Both the position numbers and the translations under genes were made by a program. From a virus (Duplodnaviria; Heunggongvirae; Uroviricota; Caudoviricetes), in the IMG/VR virus record IMGVR_UViG_3300028898_000252, positions 221,946-285,945 of that record: a DNA stretch of 64,000 bases; one strand, written 5' to 3'. Below the pieces are notes generated by a model. It saw only the letters and a list, made by a program, of their open reading frames with translations. It was not told the DNA's origin and did no database searches. Shown here one piece after another: positions 46,490-56,219 of the stretch (the first letter of the stretch is position 1; each line of letters opens with the position of its first letter).

Positions 46490-47203
46490 ATGCATTCTAT
46501 TTCAACTAATATTATGATAGACCAACTTCCCAGAGCCTTTGGCTCTGGGAGTCTTGTTGCTTGGTATCGCGGGGATCAAGTAGTCTATGACGGAAGTAAT
46601 AAAGTATCCAAATGGACGGATAAATCGGGGAATGGTTATCACCTTCTTCAATCAAACGCCTCTTACAAACCAACTTTTGTTGCATCTATTGCAGGAAAAA
46701 ACAGAAAACCTGGAGTTGAAGCGGTTTCAACTGGTGAATATTTGCAATGTGCTAACTTTGTAATGCCAGTTGCTAAAACTGTTGTAATTGTTGTCGGTAG
46801 TTTCACGGCTGGAGCTTATGTGTCTTCACTTTATACTGGTGGTATTGAATATTTCTATGCTTATCACCCTTCAACAGCAACATTTTACAACAAAGATAAT
46901 CTTGGTGGTGCCCATTATATGACATGTGCTGGTGCGAATTTTTTTCAAGCAAACACAGATCATATTCTCATGTACGACCTAACAACCCCTTCTCTTTATA
47001 GAAATAATGTTGCACTTGGAGGATCTATTACAGGTTCGCCGCTTACGAACGCAACAAAAACAGGAGACCTTAGCCTGTTTTCAGCTTGGTCTGGTGGATC
47101 TGGTTCAAGAATGCAAATCCTCGAAGTTATTATATACAATAAAGCTTTAAGCGCAGCCGAAAGAAATTCTTTAAACAATTACCTCAATGCAAGATATGGA
47201 TAA
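46490..47203 (+). CDS. LamG/ConA-like virion protein
   Basis: LVAWY..D, VSKW.DKSGNG, EVIIYN.ALS..E.....YL..RYG. Confidence 0.7.
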   Translation: MHSISTNIMIDQLPRAFGSGSLVAWYRGDQVVYDGSNKVSKWTDKSGNGYHLLQSNASYKPTFVASIAGKNRKPGVEAVSTGEYLQCANFVMPVAKTVVIVVGSFTAGAYVSSLYTGGIEYFYAYHPSTATFYNKDNLGGAHYMTCAGANFFQANTDHILMYDLTTPSLYRNNVALGGSITGSPLTNATKTGDLSLFSAWSGGSGSRMQILEVIIYNKALSAAERNSLNNYLNARYG

Positions 47204-47205
47204 AA

Positions 47206-49683
47206 TTATAATAATTCGCTTGCGATAGTCGCAAGTTTACTTCGTTCACCTTTTACAAGAGAGATGTGACCAGCTATTTCTTCACCTTTAAATTTTTCGA
47301 TTGCGATAACAAGTCCATTTGTAAATTTATTTAAATAAGTGCTATCAATTTGGTTGTGATCTCCAAGAAGAACAATTTTTGTTCCTTCCCCAACTCTTGT
47401 TAAAATTGTTTTCATTTCGTGCAAACTTAAGTTTTGACTTTCATCAACAAGAAATATACATTTAGGAATTGAACGACCCCTAACGAATGTCGTTGCTTCA
47501 ACTTGAATTATGCCGCGATCAAACAAGTCTTGCATAGCAAAAGAATGCTTTAGGTTTTCACTTTTCTTTGATTTGGTTGCACCTTTAGAAATTGCATCAT
47601 CAATGTTTTCATTTAAAAGGAATTCAAGATTATCTTTAAATGGAGCAATCCAAGGGTCCATTTTTTCACCCAAAGTCCCAGGAAGAGCTCCTATATCTTT
47701 TCCAAGAGGTTGAATATTTCTAGTAATTAATATTTTATTATATTTTCTTTTTGTTAAAGTTAGTTCAAGAGCTGCGGCGAGAGAAATTAATGTATTGTGA
47801 GTAACAATGTAGTCGTCAGTAACATATAGGTGATCTTTCGCATCAACACTTATACACTGCGCGAATTTTTTTCCAATCAATTCAACTTTTTCAATTGTTC
47901 TTACTGGTTGATATTTCGTTCTCTCTTTGAATTTAGTACTTTTTCTACTAAGTTTAAAAGGTATAATACCTGTTGGCAAAGATATACGAACAGCGAAAGA
48001 TGGTCTTCCATTTTTCTTTTCTTTTTTATGAGGATATTTTGTCTGTTTATTACAAATAACAGCTTTTCCACCAAAAGACCAAACAAGTTCTTGAATATCA
48101 GAAGCAAGTTTATGCGAGGTTGTATAGAAAATTGTTGTTCGGCCTTCTTTGTCTACATATCCATCTGTATCCATAAGTCCTTGCAATACTTTTAATCGAA
48201 TTTCCGAACTGTTATACTTATAAATTTCAGGAATAAATTTGTCCCATGAATGTTTATCAATTAAACCTAATTCTTTTAATTGACTTTGAACAAAATTTAC
48301 TCCTTTTTCTTTTAAAATTTCTTGTACTTCATTTATAATTTCTGTATCGGTGCTTAAAAGATTTATTGTACCATTTGTAAAACATCTATCTCCAAGTAAT
48401 ACTCCTAAAACATAAGGATCTAATTGAACTGATTTTTTAGGAAAATCAATATTGTTAACCATCGGTATTTCATATATTTTTCTATTGTGAATAGTTTTTA
48501 AACCGTCTTTAATTTCTTTTAAAGAAACAACTTTTGATATTCTTTTTCCTTTTGGTTTTCTATTATCTTCTACTTTCCATAAGTGATCTTCGCAACATTC
48601 TGTGCTAGAACCGTCTGAAAATGTAACTCGATATATGTCTTTAATACCTTGAGGATAAACACCCGTTACTTTAGTTTTTTTGCCATTCTTTCCAATCACA
48701 AAATCTCCTTTTTTAATTTGGCCCATCGTAGTCCAGCCTAAAGGGGTCAAAATTTTAGCATCGAGAGGCTGAGCTTTGCCTGCCCCCGATCTAGAACTCA
48801 CAGTAACCAAACTAATAGAATCATCCATAAGAAGGTCAAGTAAAAATGCCTGTTCCATATTTTTACTTTTTATATTCCAGGTACCAGCTTGAAATGGAAC
48901 AAAATGAAGTGGTTTTCCAGGTTTAAGAAATCTCCCAGCTATTTTAACATCAGACTCATCAGATTCAAAAACGATAAATTGATTTGGATACAAACCTTTT
49001 TCTTCTTCTTCGGTTAAAATAATATTATTTTTATCTTGATAAAATTTATCCATCTCTTCTTTTGAGATTTTGAAAGTTTTAATACCAGTATAAAACTCAG
49101 ATTCTGATGCAGGCATATTAAGAATTTTGCTTATATCTTTTGAAAGTTTTTTATAATCTTCACATTCAACACCGACAGAAATGGCCTTAATTCTTAAAAG
49201 CAAATCCCGAGTAACAAGAATAACTTTTTCGCTTGAATACTTTTGTTTATATTCTAGACAAAATTGAACGATTTTATTATCGCCCTTGGAATAATCCAGT
49301 TCTGGAATTGAAATAATAACATTTGACTCTAAATCTTTTTGATTTAAAATCTTTAATTTTCCAAGTTTTTTTCCAAGTGATATTCCTGTTTTAACATCAT
49401 TTTTATTTTCTTTGACAAATTCAATTAACTGTCTTGAAATTTCTCTGGCATTTTTACCGACATCATCTTGTTTATCTTTAAACCTATCTAATTCTTCAAC
49501 AACAATCAAAGGCAGAACAATATCATTATTTTGAAATGATCTTAAACATTCTGCATCGGATAATAAAACATTTGTATCTAAAATAAAAGTTTTTTTTGAT
49601 TCGCTACTTGAACTTTTTTTAGATGGTTTTTTCATTTTTATTTTCACTTTTGTTCCTTTTTTGGAGTTATTTTTTTGGTACAA
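47206..49683 (-). CDS. phoH: PIN domain-PhoH ATPase with intein
   Basis: ILDTNVLL, EELD, DN.I, VTRD (PIN); GAGK|T split by intein; GALPG, RGRSI, VDESQN, GD..QID. Confidence 0.92.
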   Translation of the reverse strand: MYQKNNSKKGTKVKIKMKKPSKKSSSSESKKTFILDTNVLLSDAECLRSFQNNDIVLPLIVVEELDRFKDKQDDVGKNAREISRQLIEFVKENKNDVKTGISLGKKLGKLKILNQKDLESNVIISIPELDYSKGDNKIVQFCLEYKQKYSSEKVILVTRDLLLRIKAISVGVECEDYKKLSKDISKILNMPASESEFYTGIKTFKISKEEMDKFYQDKNNIILTEEEEKGLYPNQFIVFESDESDVKIAGRFLKPGKPLHFVPFQAGTWNIKSKNMEQAFLLDLLMDDSISLVTVSSRSGAGKAQPLDAKILTPLGWTTMGQIKKGDFVIGKNGKKTKVTGVYPQGIKDIYRVTFSDGSSTECCEDHLWKVEDNRKPKGKRISKVVSLKEIKDGLKTIHNRKIYEIPMVNNIDFPKKSVQLDPYVLGVLLGDRCFTNGTINLLSTDTEIINEVQEILKEKGVNFVQSQLKELGLIDKHSWDKFIPEIYKYNSSEIRLKVLQGLMDTDGYVDKEGRTTIFYTTSHKLASDIQELVWSFGGKAVICNKQTKYPHKKEKKNGRPSFAVRISLPTGIIPFKLSRKSTKFKERTKYQPVRTIEKVELIGKKFAQCISVDAKDHLYVTDDYIVTHNTLISLAAALELTLTKRKYNKILITRNIQPLGKDIGALPGTLGEKMDPWIAPFKDNLEFLLNENIDDAISKGATKSKKSENLKHSFAMQDLFDRGIIQVEATTFVRGRSIPKCIFLVDESQNLSLHEMKTILTRVGEGTKIVLLGDHNQIDSTYLNKFTNGLVIAIEKFKGEEIAGHISLVKGERSKLATIASELL
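47794..48774 (-). mobile_element. class 3 intein (327 aa) with LAGLIDADG domain
   Basis: Starts Ala (AQPLDAKI); WCT triplet in EDHLW / AQCISV / VTHN; LGVLLGDR and LQGLMDTDG motifs; +1 Thr. Confidence 0.88.
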
Positions 49684-49957
49684 AAACTAAATTGTATTTT
49701 ATTTTTTTTAGATTTTCTCGCCGCTCAAGTTGTAATGTATTTATTGCCCTATATAGAAAAAGACTTATGGTTCTTAACCTTGTAAGTTTTTTTCTTGTTC
49801 GTCTACCTGCGGAAAATATACCTTTGGTAAGAAATTTGTTAAAGTCTCTATTAATAAACTTTAACAAAACATCAAATTCTTTTTTAAGAAGATAAGGATT
49901 ATTTTTAATAGTTTCAAGATCGATGGGATAATATTTTTCCATTTTCTTTTTTGGCAT
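49667..49957 (-). CDS. basic Hc1 (histone H1-like) family-like protein
   Basis: DFNKF..KG..SAGRRTRKKL resembles the D..KF..KGN..AG.R.RK pattern. Confidence 0.5.
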   Translation of the reverse strand: MPKKKMEKYYPIDLETIKNNPYLLKKEFDVLLKFINRDFNKFLTKGIFSAGRRTRKKLTRLRTISLFLYRAINTLQLERRENLKKIKYNLVFVPKK

Positions 49958-49958
49958 T

Positions 49959-50420
49959 TTATTTTCTTAGAACTGTCATGATAAAATTAATTATCTGCAA
50001 TGTAAATCCACCTAAAATGATCCACATAAATTTTGAAAAATTTTCATGAAAATCAACAGAGCTTTTAATTTTTTCAAGATCTTTTCCACCAATTGTTTTA
50101 AGTTGTTTAGTGATCTCGTTAAGATCTTTTTGTTCTTTTGTCTCTTCTTTTTTCTCGGCAGGAATTTCAAATTTTTTCTCGATAGAACAAATTGTCTTGT
50201 TAATACTCTCAAGAGTATTTTCCATTTTCAACATTCTGGGATATATTCCCGTTTCTGGGTCTGTTAATTTTTCAACCCTTAACTCAACTTCTGAAAGATC
50301 TTTTGCCAACGAATCTATCTTTGCCACCGTTTCCCCACCAAGAACGGGAGATTTTTCTAATTTATCTAGTCTGTTAACGACCTTGAGTAATAGTCCAATC
50401 GGTTCTCGTTCTTCTGACAT
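49959..50420 (-). CDS. coiled-coil protein with C-terminal transmembrane helix
   Basis: DPETGIYPR, heptads, hydrophobic C-terminus. Confidence 0.55.
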   Translation of the reverse strand: MSEEREPIGLLLKVVNRLDKLEKSPVLGGETVAKIDSLAKDLSEVELRVEKLTDPETGIYPRMLKMENTLESINKTICSIEKKFEIPAEKKEETKEQKDLNEITKQLKTIGGKDLEKIKSSVDFHENFSKFMWIILGGFTLQIINFIMTVLRK

Positions 50421-50454
50421 TTTAACAATCCTTGTTTAAATTACAAAGTTAACT

Positions 50455-51834
50455 ATGTTGAATAGAATACCAAAAAATAAATTAATTGAAAATGATAAAT
50501 TTTTTAATGAAATCAAGGAATTAATCAATGAAAAATTTTCTTTAATTTTAAATCAAGATAGAGCAAAAAATTTTTATATTGAGAAGTATAATTTGTTTGA
50601 AAATATAAGATCTTCAAAATTCTTATTCAACTATTTAAGAAATTTCAATAAAGAAAATGATGTTGAACGACTTTTTATAGAAATTTTTTATAAAATATTA
50701 GCAGACTCAGAAAAAGCAATAAACGGTTCTTCTTTTTTCACTTTTTACTTTATATTAAATTTCATATTAATGGAAGAAGAGACCAAATTAAATTTCACAA
50801 AACAATTTTATAAAATTCTTGAAGAAAACAACTTTGATGTACCAAACAAAAATGAATTTGACATTTATGTAAAAAACTTATTCGAACAAAAACCTAAGTG
50901 GTATTATGAATTATACAAAAAAATGAATGAATTATCTGGTCTTAGAAATCAAATAATATTAAAACAATCGAATTCATTAAATCTCGTATTGGAAACCAAA
51001 TCAGGATATCATTTTAACGGAACAATACATCCTATTTTTTTTAAAAACGGAATTAAAACAATAGAAATTAATGATTTTAAACCAATAATTGTTGACGGAA
51101 TAATAGAAAACTCTTCTGAAATATTTAATATTTTAAATTATTCATATGAAACAAAGACACCAATTTTATTAATTTCACAAAAGTTTAGTGAAGAAGTTCT
51201 TAATATTATTGCAGCGAATTATACAAGAAACAATGTTCCAATTTATCCAATTGAATTAGAAACGTCTCTTTTTACATTAAATCAGGTAACTGACTTATCA
51301 GTTATTTGTAAAACATTACCAATTTCTGTTTTAAGTGGCGAATCTCTTATTACAAAAAATGCGAAAGATATACAGATTGTTGAAAAATGTATTATCAGAC
51401 AAGATAGCTTTATTATTGAAAATAAAAGTTCTAGACAAGATGTAGAAAATCACATTAGATTCTTAATAAAACGAAAACAAGAAAAAACAGAAGAATATAA
51501 GTCTATTGAAATAGATGACTATAATAAACTATATGATTCTCGAATTGAAAAACTTCTAGGAAGTATTATTGAGGTACAAATTCCAAAAACTTGGTCTAAA
51601 ACGAAAATTACTGAATTTTCGTCTTTTTTTGACAATGTTTTAAAAACAACAAAAAATTATTATACGCATGGATTAGCAAATGAAAAACTGCTGAATCTAA
51701 TGAATAATTTACCACTAAAAACAAATTTAATTTCTTCTCAGGAGCTACTATTACAAATTATTTACGGAATTAAGTTTGCGAGTAGTTTTACGGATACTTT
51801 AAATAAAGTAAATGGGGCTATAATCCAAATTTAA
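50455..51834 (+). CDS. divergent GroEL-like chaperonin
   Basis: Apical-domain pattern IVDGII....EI..IL......PILLI...FSEEVL.....N; RIEKLLG; GDGTTT replaced by INGSSF. Confidence 0.65.
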   Translation: MLNRIPKNKLIENDKFFNEIKELINEKFSLILNQDRAKNFYIEKYNLFENIRSSKFLFNYLRNFNKENDVERLFIEIFYKILADSEKAINGSSFFTFYFILNFILMEEETKLNFTKQFYKILEENNFDVPNKNEFDIYVKNLFEQKPKWYYELYKKMNELSGLRNQIILKQSNSLNLVLETKSGYHFNGTIHPIFFKNGIKTIEINDFKPIIVDGIIENSSEIFNILNYSYETKTPILLISQKFSEEVLNIIAANYTRNNVPIYPIELETSLFTLNQVTDLSVICKTLPISVLSGESLITKNAKDIQIVEKCIIRQDSFIIENKSSRQDVENHIRFLIKRKQEKTEEYKSIEIDDYNKLYDSRIEKLLGSIIEVQIPKTWSKTKITEFSSFFDNVLKTTKNYYTHGLANEKLLNLMNNLPLKTNLISSQELLLQIIYGIKFASSFTDTLNKVNGAIIQI

Positions 51835-52697
51835 TATTTAAATTCACTTTTAATTTTCGAATCCAATTGTTCTGGCGTTTGATTTTCTACAAAAGAATTT
51901 ACAATTAATTGCTTGAGTAAAACTTGAGCGTTAGTTGAATTTAACTTTTCGCCAAGTTCATTTTCATAGTGTTTATATAAATTATTTAACTCAACTTTCG
52001 TTTTGTTGAAAACATCCTTTAATTCTGAAGGATTTTGCTGCTGTGTACTTTTTGGATTTGTAATTTGATTAGTAACATTCTCTGGGTTTTGAATTTGTTT
52101 AATCTGAGAATTAATTTGCTCTAAAGATGTTTTTAATTGTTTTTTTGGCAAATTCACAAATTCGCTGCTGAATAAATTTATATCCAAATAAGGAATATCA
52201 CTAACATAGTTTGGGTTGTTGCTCAACATAGCAAGTGCTTTTTTAAACCAAGGAGAATTGTCTGCTTTTAAGGCAGTCATAATTTGTTTTCTGACTTCTT
52301 GGGCACTTGGAGAATTACCTAGTATTGCATTTTCATCTGGTGTTTTTTTATCGTCAAAAAAATCTCGGAGAGCTGGGAGTCTCGACAATGTGATTAAATC
52401 ATTCGAAAGAAAATTCCACATTTTAGAATAGAAAGAAACGACCTTTCCAGTAATGTCTCTTGACTTTTTTGGATCAGAGACAGAAGAATTTATATCAGTT
52501 TCAGCTTTTGCAATAGCCTGTTTTAGCGAATTAAAACTTGGCATTACATTAGAGACCAATCCATTTAATTTTTCTAGTTGATCTGCTAAAACTTTTAAAT
52601 TTTGTGTATCAATAGCTTCGTTTAATTTTTTGAGTACAAGATTTGAATCTATTGTTTCTTTTAATATTTTTTGATTTAGATCTCTAAGCGTATTCAT
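51831..52697 (-). CDS. hypothetical protein
   Basis: 288-aa helical ORF. Confidence 0.55.
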   Translation of the reverse strand: MNTLRDLNQKILKETIDSNLVLKKLNEAIDTQNLKVLADQLEKLNGLVSNVMPSFNSLKQAIAKAETDINSSVSDPKKSRDITGKVVSFYSKMWNFLSNDLITLSRLPALRDFFDDKKTPDENAILGNSPSAQEVRKQIMTALKADNSPWFKKALAMLSNNPNYVSDIPYLDINLFSSEFVNLPKKQLKTSLEQINSQIKQIQNPENVTNQITNPKSTQQQNPSELKDVFNKTKVELNNLYKHYENELGEKLNSTNAQVLLKQLIVNSFVENQTPEQLDSKIKSEFKY

Positions 52698-52753
52698 TAC
52701 AACTGTTAACTATTTTAGTTATACTTCTTCTTGAAATAAAACATGTTGATAAA

Positions 52754-53413
52754 ATGAATAATGGTTTAAAACTTACCAAAAAAATAATTCAAAATACAGA
52801 ATCTTATGAGGAAATAAAAGTTGATTCGACTGAATCTATTAAAGAACATGGAAACCTAGAAAATGAAAAAACGTTACCAAAAAAATTTTATTTGCCTGTT
52901 TTAAATTTGAATTATGAAGATAAATGGGAATCTGTTCCAAAAAATAAAAGAAAACATTTGACCGATCAAGAAGCGGAAAAGGTTTGTACAGAAAACTGTT
53001 GTGGTTATAAAGGATTGGCAGCGGCCTGCTGCCAAATAGACCCAGAAAGCTTAGAACATGTGTTGGGTAGTGTAGATAAAGATGACATTTCTAAAATACT
53101 AAAACATTTTAGAAAAATTAATCCATCAATAGAAAAATCTGATATTGTTATTGAAAAAGAAGAAGGCATTCGAATTGGAAATACATTTTTTAATGGGCAT
53201 GAGGCTTTTAAATCAGACAAATCTTATCCTATGCTTAGATTTCAGGTGCACGAAAATAGATTTATATGCAAATTTTTAAATCCGAAAACTAAACGTTGTG
53301 GAATTTATGAAGTAAGACCAAAAATGTGTGAAAATTATTGGTGTTCTTATTTAAAGAAAAGTTTCTTAATAAGGACACCGAGTAATCCAAACACATACAA
53401 GAAAATTTTATGA
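52754..53413 (+). CDS. YkgJ-family Zn/Fe-chelating cysteine cluster protein
   Basis: C...CC.......CC and CKFL.....CGIYEVRP.MC. Confidence 0.8.
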   Translation: MNNGLKLTKKIIQNTESYEEIKVDSTESIKEHGNLENEKTLPKKFYLPVLNLNYEDKWESVPKNKRKHLTDQEAEKVCTENCCGYKGLAAACCQIDPESLEHVLGSVDKDDISKILKHFRKINPSIEKSDIVIEKEEGIRIGNTFFNGHEAFKSDKSYPMLRFQVHENRFICKFLNPKTKRCGIYEVRPKMCENYWCSYLKKSFLIRTPSNPNTYKKIL

Positions 53414-53431
53414 GCAGTTTATATCAAGTTA

Positions 53432-54046
53432 TTGCATTTCGCTAATTGGAATTTAATAATAGGAAATAAGACTACTCCCATGAGCAAAAAGAAACCAAAT
53501 CAATTTGACGTAATTTGCGAATCCAAAGAACAAGTATCGCCACCATTAAAAAGAAAATGGACACAGCCAGATAAAGGAAAAATAAACTATAATGATGTTA
53601 TTTCTTGGGTCAAAACAAAGCTTAACAGCGATGAAAAAGATTCAAGTTTATATCATTTAATTGTTGGAACAGATTCACAAAAAAGATCAAACAAGGTAAG
53701 ATTTGTAACCATTATCGCTCTTTACAAAGAAGGCAAAGGTGGAATGTATTTTTATACAAGTCATCTTTTGCCAAAAGAATTATTTGGCAAAACAAAACAT
53801 GATAAATCAAGAATTTATCAAGAGGTTGAATATTCAATAGAAACAGCAAACCAATTAATGACAGATATTGGAGATCAAATTATTCCATCTATCCATATTG
53901 ATGCATCGCCAAAACATAAAAAAGAATACACGTCTGATATATCTGATAATTTAATGTCTTTGATTCGTTCTTATGGTTTTGAACCATGTATTAAACCGTT
54001 TTCTTTCGCGGCATCTTCTATTGCAAATAAACATTCAAAAGGTTAA
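53432..54046 (+). CDS. RNase H-like YkuK (DUF458) family protein
   Basis: IVGTDSQ, G.GG, EV..SI, IHID, IKP...AS..A; likely start ATG at 53480. Confidence 0.82.
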   Translation: MHFANWNLIIGNKTTPMSKKKPNQFDVICESKEQVSPPLKRKWTQPDKGKINYNDVISWVKTKLNSDEKDSSLYHLIVGTDSQKRSNKVRFVTIIALYKEGKGGMYFYTSHLLPKELFGKTKHDKSRIYQEVEYSIETANQLMTDIGDQIIPSIHIDASPKHKKEYTSDISDNLMSLIRSYGFEPCIKPFSFAASSIANKHSKG

Positions 54047-54729
54047 TCGAAATCTATTTGGTAATCATCATAACCTGAGTATAGGTCAATTATGATGAAA
54101 TGGCCATTTGAATTTAGTGCAATGTTATTCAAGTGTAGGTCATCTAGACGTAGATTACAGTTTTTGACTGCAAGCAAAAATTCTTTAAAATTTGGTTTTG
54201 ACAAAAAGTATCTTAAAATATTTCTGTAAGATTCTAACCCATATCTTTTATAATGTTTATAACCTTTAATCCAGTTAATAATATCTGAAAAACCATAAAA
54301 CTCAGATTCGCTAATATCGTTTAATTCTTCTAAATTGATATCAAAAAAATCTAAAACAAGGTGTTGCACTTGTTTGTTTTTTTTGTATGTAACTGCTGCT
54401 CGTTCAACCACAGCCCAACCGCGACCAGAACTATAAATCTTTGGAAACCATTCAGGGGCACATTCTGCGGCAGAAACTTCAGTATTGATATCAGAAAGAC
54501 CACTTGAATTCTTAGCAACTTTTAATACTTTTTTGGGTCCGAGCGAAAACACAATTTTATACTGACCTTCGCCAGTTACCTTAAAACCATTATTTTTTAA
54601 TAACTGAATTGCTGAACGATAATTTTCATTTTCAATCATTTTTTCCAAATTAACTAATAAATTTGGATCAGATTCTAGTTTAGTTTTTTCATCCAAACTT
54701 CTATTTTCTTTCATGAATATAAGTAACAT
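54043..54729 (-). CDS. protein kinase-like fold protein
   Basis: GEGQYK, VLKVA, E in helix C, DLHLNNI, IID. Confidence 0.72.
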   Translation of the reverse strand: MLLIFMKENRSLDEKTKLESDPNLLVNLEKMIENENYRSAIQLLKNNGFKVTGEGQYKIVFSLGPKKVLKVAKNSSGLSDINTEVSAAECAPEWFPKIYSSGRGWAVVERAAVTYKKNKQVQHLVLDFFDINLEELNDISESEFYGFSDIINWIKGYKHYKRYGLESYRNILRYFLSKPNFKEFLLAVKNCNLRLDDLHLNNIALNSNGHFIIIDLYSGYDDYQIDFD

Positions 54730-54761
54730 TTTAAAATATTTTTAATATTCTAATCAAGAAA

Positions 54762-55148
54762 ATGGATACAAAAGAACAAGCCAGACTAAAACTAGATTCA
54801 GAAATCGAAAAAGCTCTGTATCAATATACAAACAAAATCAAAGAAAATCTTTATGATTTCGTAATGCTTAATGTAAAACGTGACCAACAGCTTAATTCAA
54901 TTATCGATACAACAACATTAAAAATTTTAATTGATTTGTCTCAAAGAGCAATACAGCAAGGAAAAGGACTTTTTGTCGAAGAATTTAATAGAGATATTAA
55001 AAAAGCATTGGATGGCTATGTTGGTGCTGAAAACCCTACTTCGAAAGTCTCAACAATAGAGACGCCCCCAACAGAAACAAAGGAACCAGTAAAACAAGTT
55101 GGCTTAACAAACAAACCAAAAATTTCATTTTCTTTTCCGCAAGAATAA
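54762..55148 (+). CDS. hypothetical protein
   Basis: 128-aa ORF. Confidence 0.55.
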   Translation: MDTKEQARLKLDSEIEKALYQYTNKIKENLYDFVMLNVKRDQQLNSIIDTTTLKILIDLSQRAIQQGKGLFVEEFNRDIKKALDGYVGAENPTSKVSTIETPPTETKEPVKQVGLTNKPKISFSFPQE

Positions 55149-55184
55149 TTCTTCTATTATTTATTTTTTCAACATTTAAATAAA

Positions 55185-55667
55185 ATGAATTCCTATATAA
55201 AACATCTAATAGAATGCAATTGTATTCTCCCTCAGTTTAAAAGAGTTCAACCTCCTCTTTTTCATAAGTTTATAGCGTTTTCTGAATTAGATCCAAAAGA
55301 TGAAAAAATAATCTCATCTTATGTTAAGTGCAATAATTGCGGAGCGGTTCATAGAGTTTACGAGGTTTCAAAATCTGAAATTACGAAAAATGAAAACACA
55401 AAAGGAGTAGTTTCGATAGAGGAAATTAAATTGGGAATGTCTGAAAAACTTTCAATAATATTAGAAAAATATGAATGTCCTTTGCCAACATGGCAAGAGG
55501 TTTCTTTTATTATTGAAAATAAGTTGTGGGGAAAAGAAATTATATTATCAAAAGAAACAGAAGAAACAAAGACTCAGAAAAGGATACTCTTTACAACTTT
55601 ATTAATTGCTGGTGAAACTCTCTTTAAAATAAATAAAAGAGAAAAGGAAACAAACAATGAACAATAA
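55185..55667 (+). CDS. Zn-ribbon hypothetical protein
   Basis: ECNC...KCNNCGAVH. Confidence 0.6.
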   Translation: MNSYIKHLIECNCILPQFKRVQPPLFHKFIAFSELDPKDEKIISSYVKCNNCGAVHRVYEVSKSEITKNENTKGVVSIEEIKLGMSEKLSIILEKYECPLPTWQEVSFIIENKLWGKEIILSKETEETKTQKRILFTTLLIAGETLFKINKREKETNNEQ

Positions 55668-55971
55668 ACAAATAGAAGAAACCGATCCATTTGTCGACGA
55701 AGATTTTACAAATGAAATAGACTTGGCTTCTCTTGAAACAACTCTTACAAAAGAAGAAAAAAATAAATGTTTTGAAGTGGTTCGCGAAGTAGCGAACTAT
55801 CTCAAAACAGACCGCGAAAAGCTTTATATGATGGAACGTTTAATTCTTGAACTTGAAAATCATATTGCAAGCGAATCTTTTATGTCTGCAATAAAATCTT
55901 CTCGAAAAGTATTAAATAAAAAAGATGGAACTACTTTAGTTGCTGGCACAAAAAAAGGATTAGTTCTCTAA
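55657..55971 (+). CDS. hypothetical protein
   Basis: 104-aa ORF. Confidence 0.55.
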   Translation: MNNKQIEETDPFVDEDFTNEIDLASLETTLTKEEKNKCFEVVREVANYLKTDREKLYMMERLILELENHIASESFMSAIKSSRKVLNKKDGTTLVAGTKKGLVL

Positions 55972-56219
55972 TGATCAAATATGAAACACAGTTTAGTAAA
56001 GTTTTTATAAAAAGAAATGATGGCTTATATCAAGAGGTTATAAGACATTTTATAAAAACCACAAATACATTAACCAATCAAATAACAACGTCATTCGACA
56101 AAGAAATTATTGGTAAATTGTTTAAACGAGCGACCGTAAGAGATGTTGGGGTAAACGGAACTGAATCTTTTGTTGATGAGAACACTGGCGAAACAATTTT
56201 GTTAGTTGCTATTCAATAA
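55971..56219 (+). CDS. hypothetical protein
   Basis: 82-aa ORF, TAATG-coupled to the upstream gene. Confidence 0.5.
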   Translation: MIKYETQFSKVFIKRNDGLYQEVIRHFIKTTNTLTNQITTSFDKEIIGKLFKRATVRDVGVNGTESFVDENTGETILLVAIQ

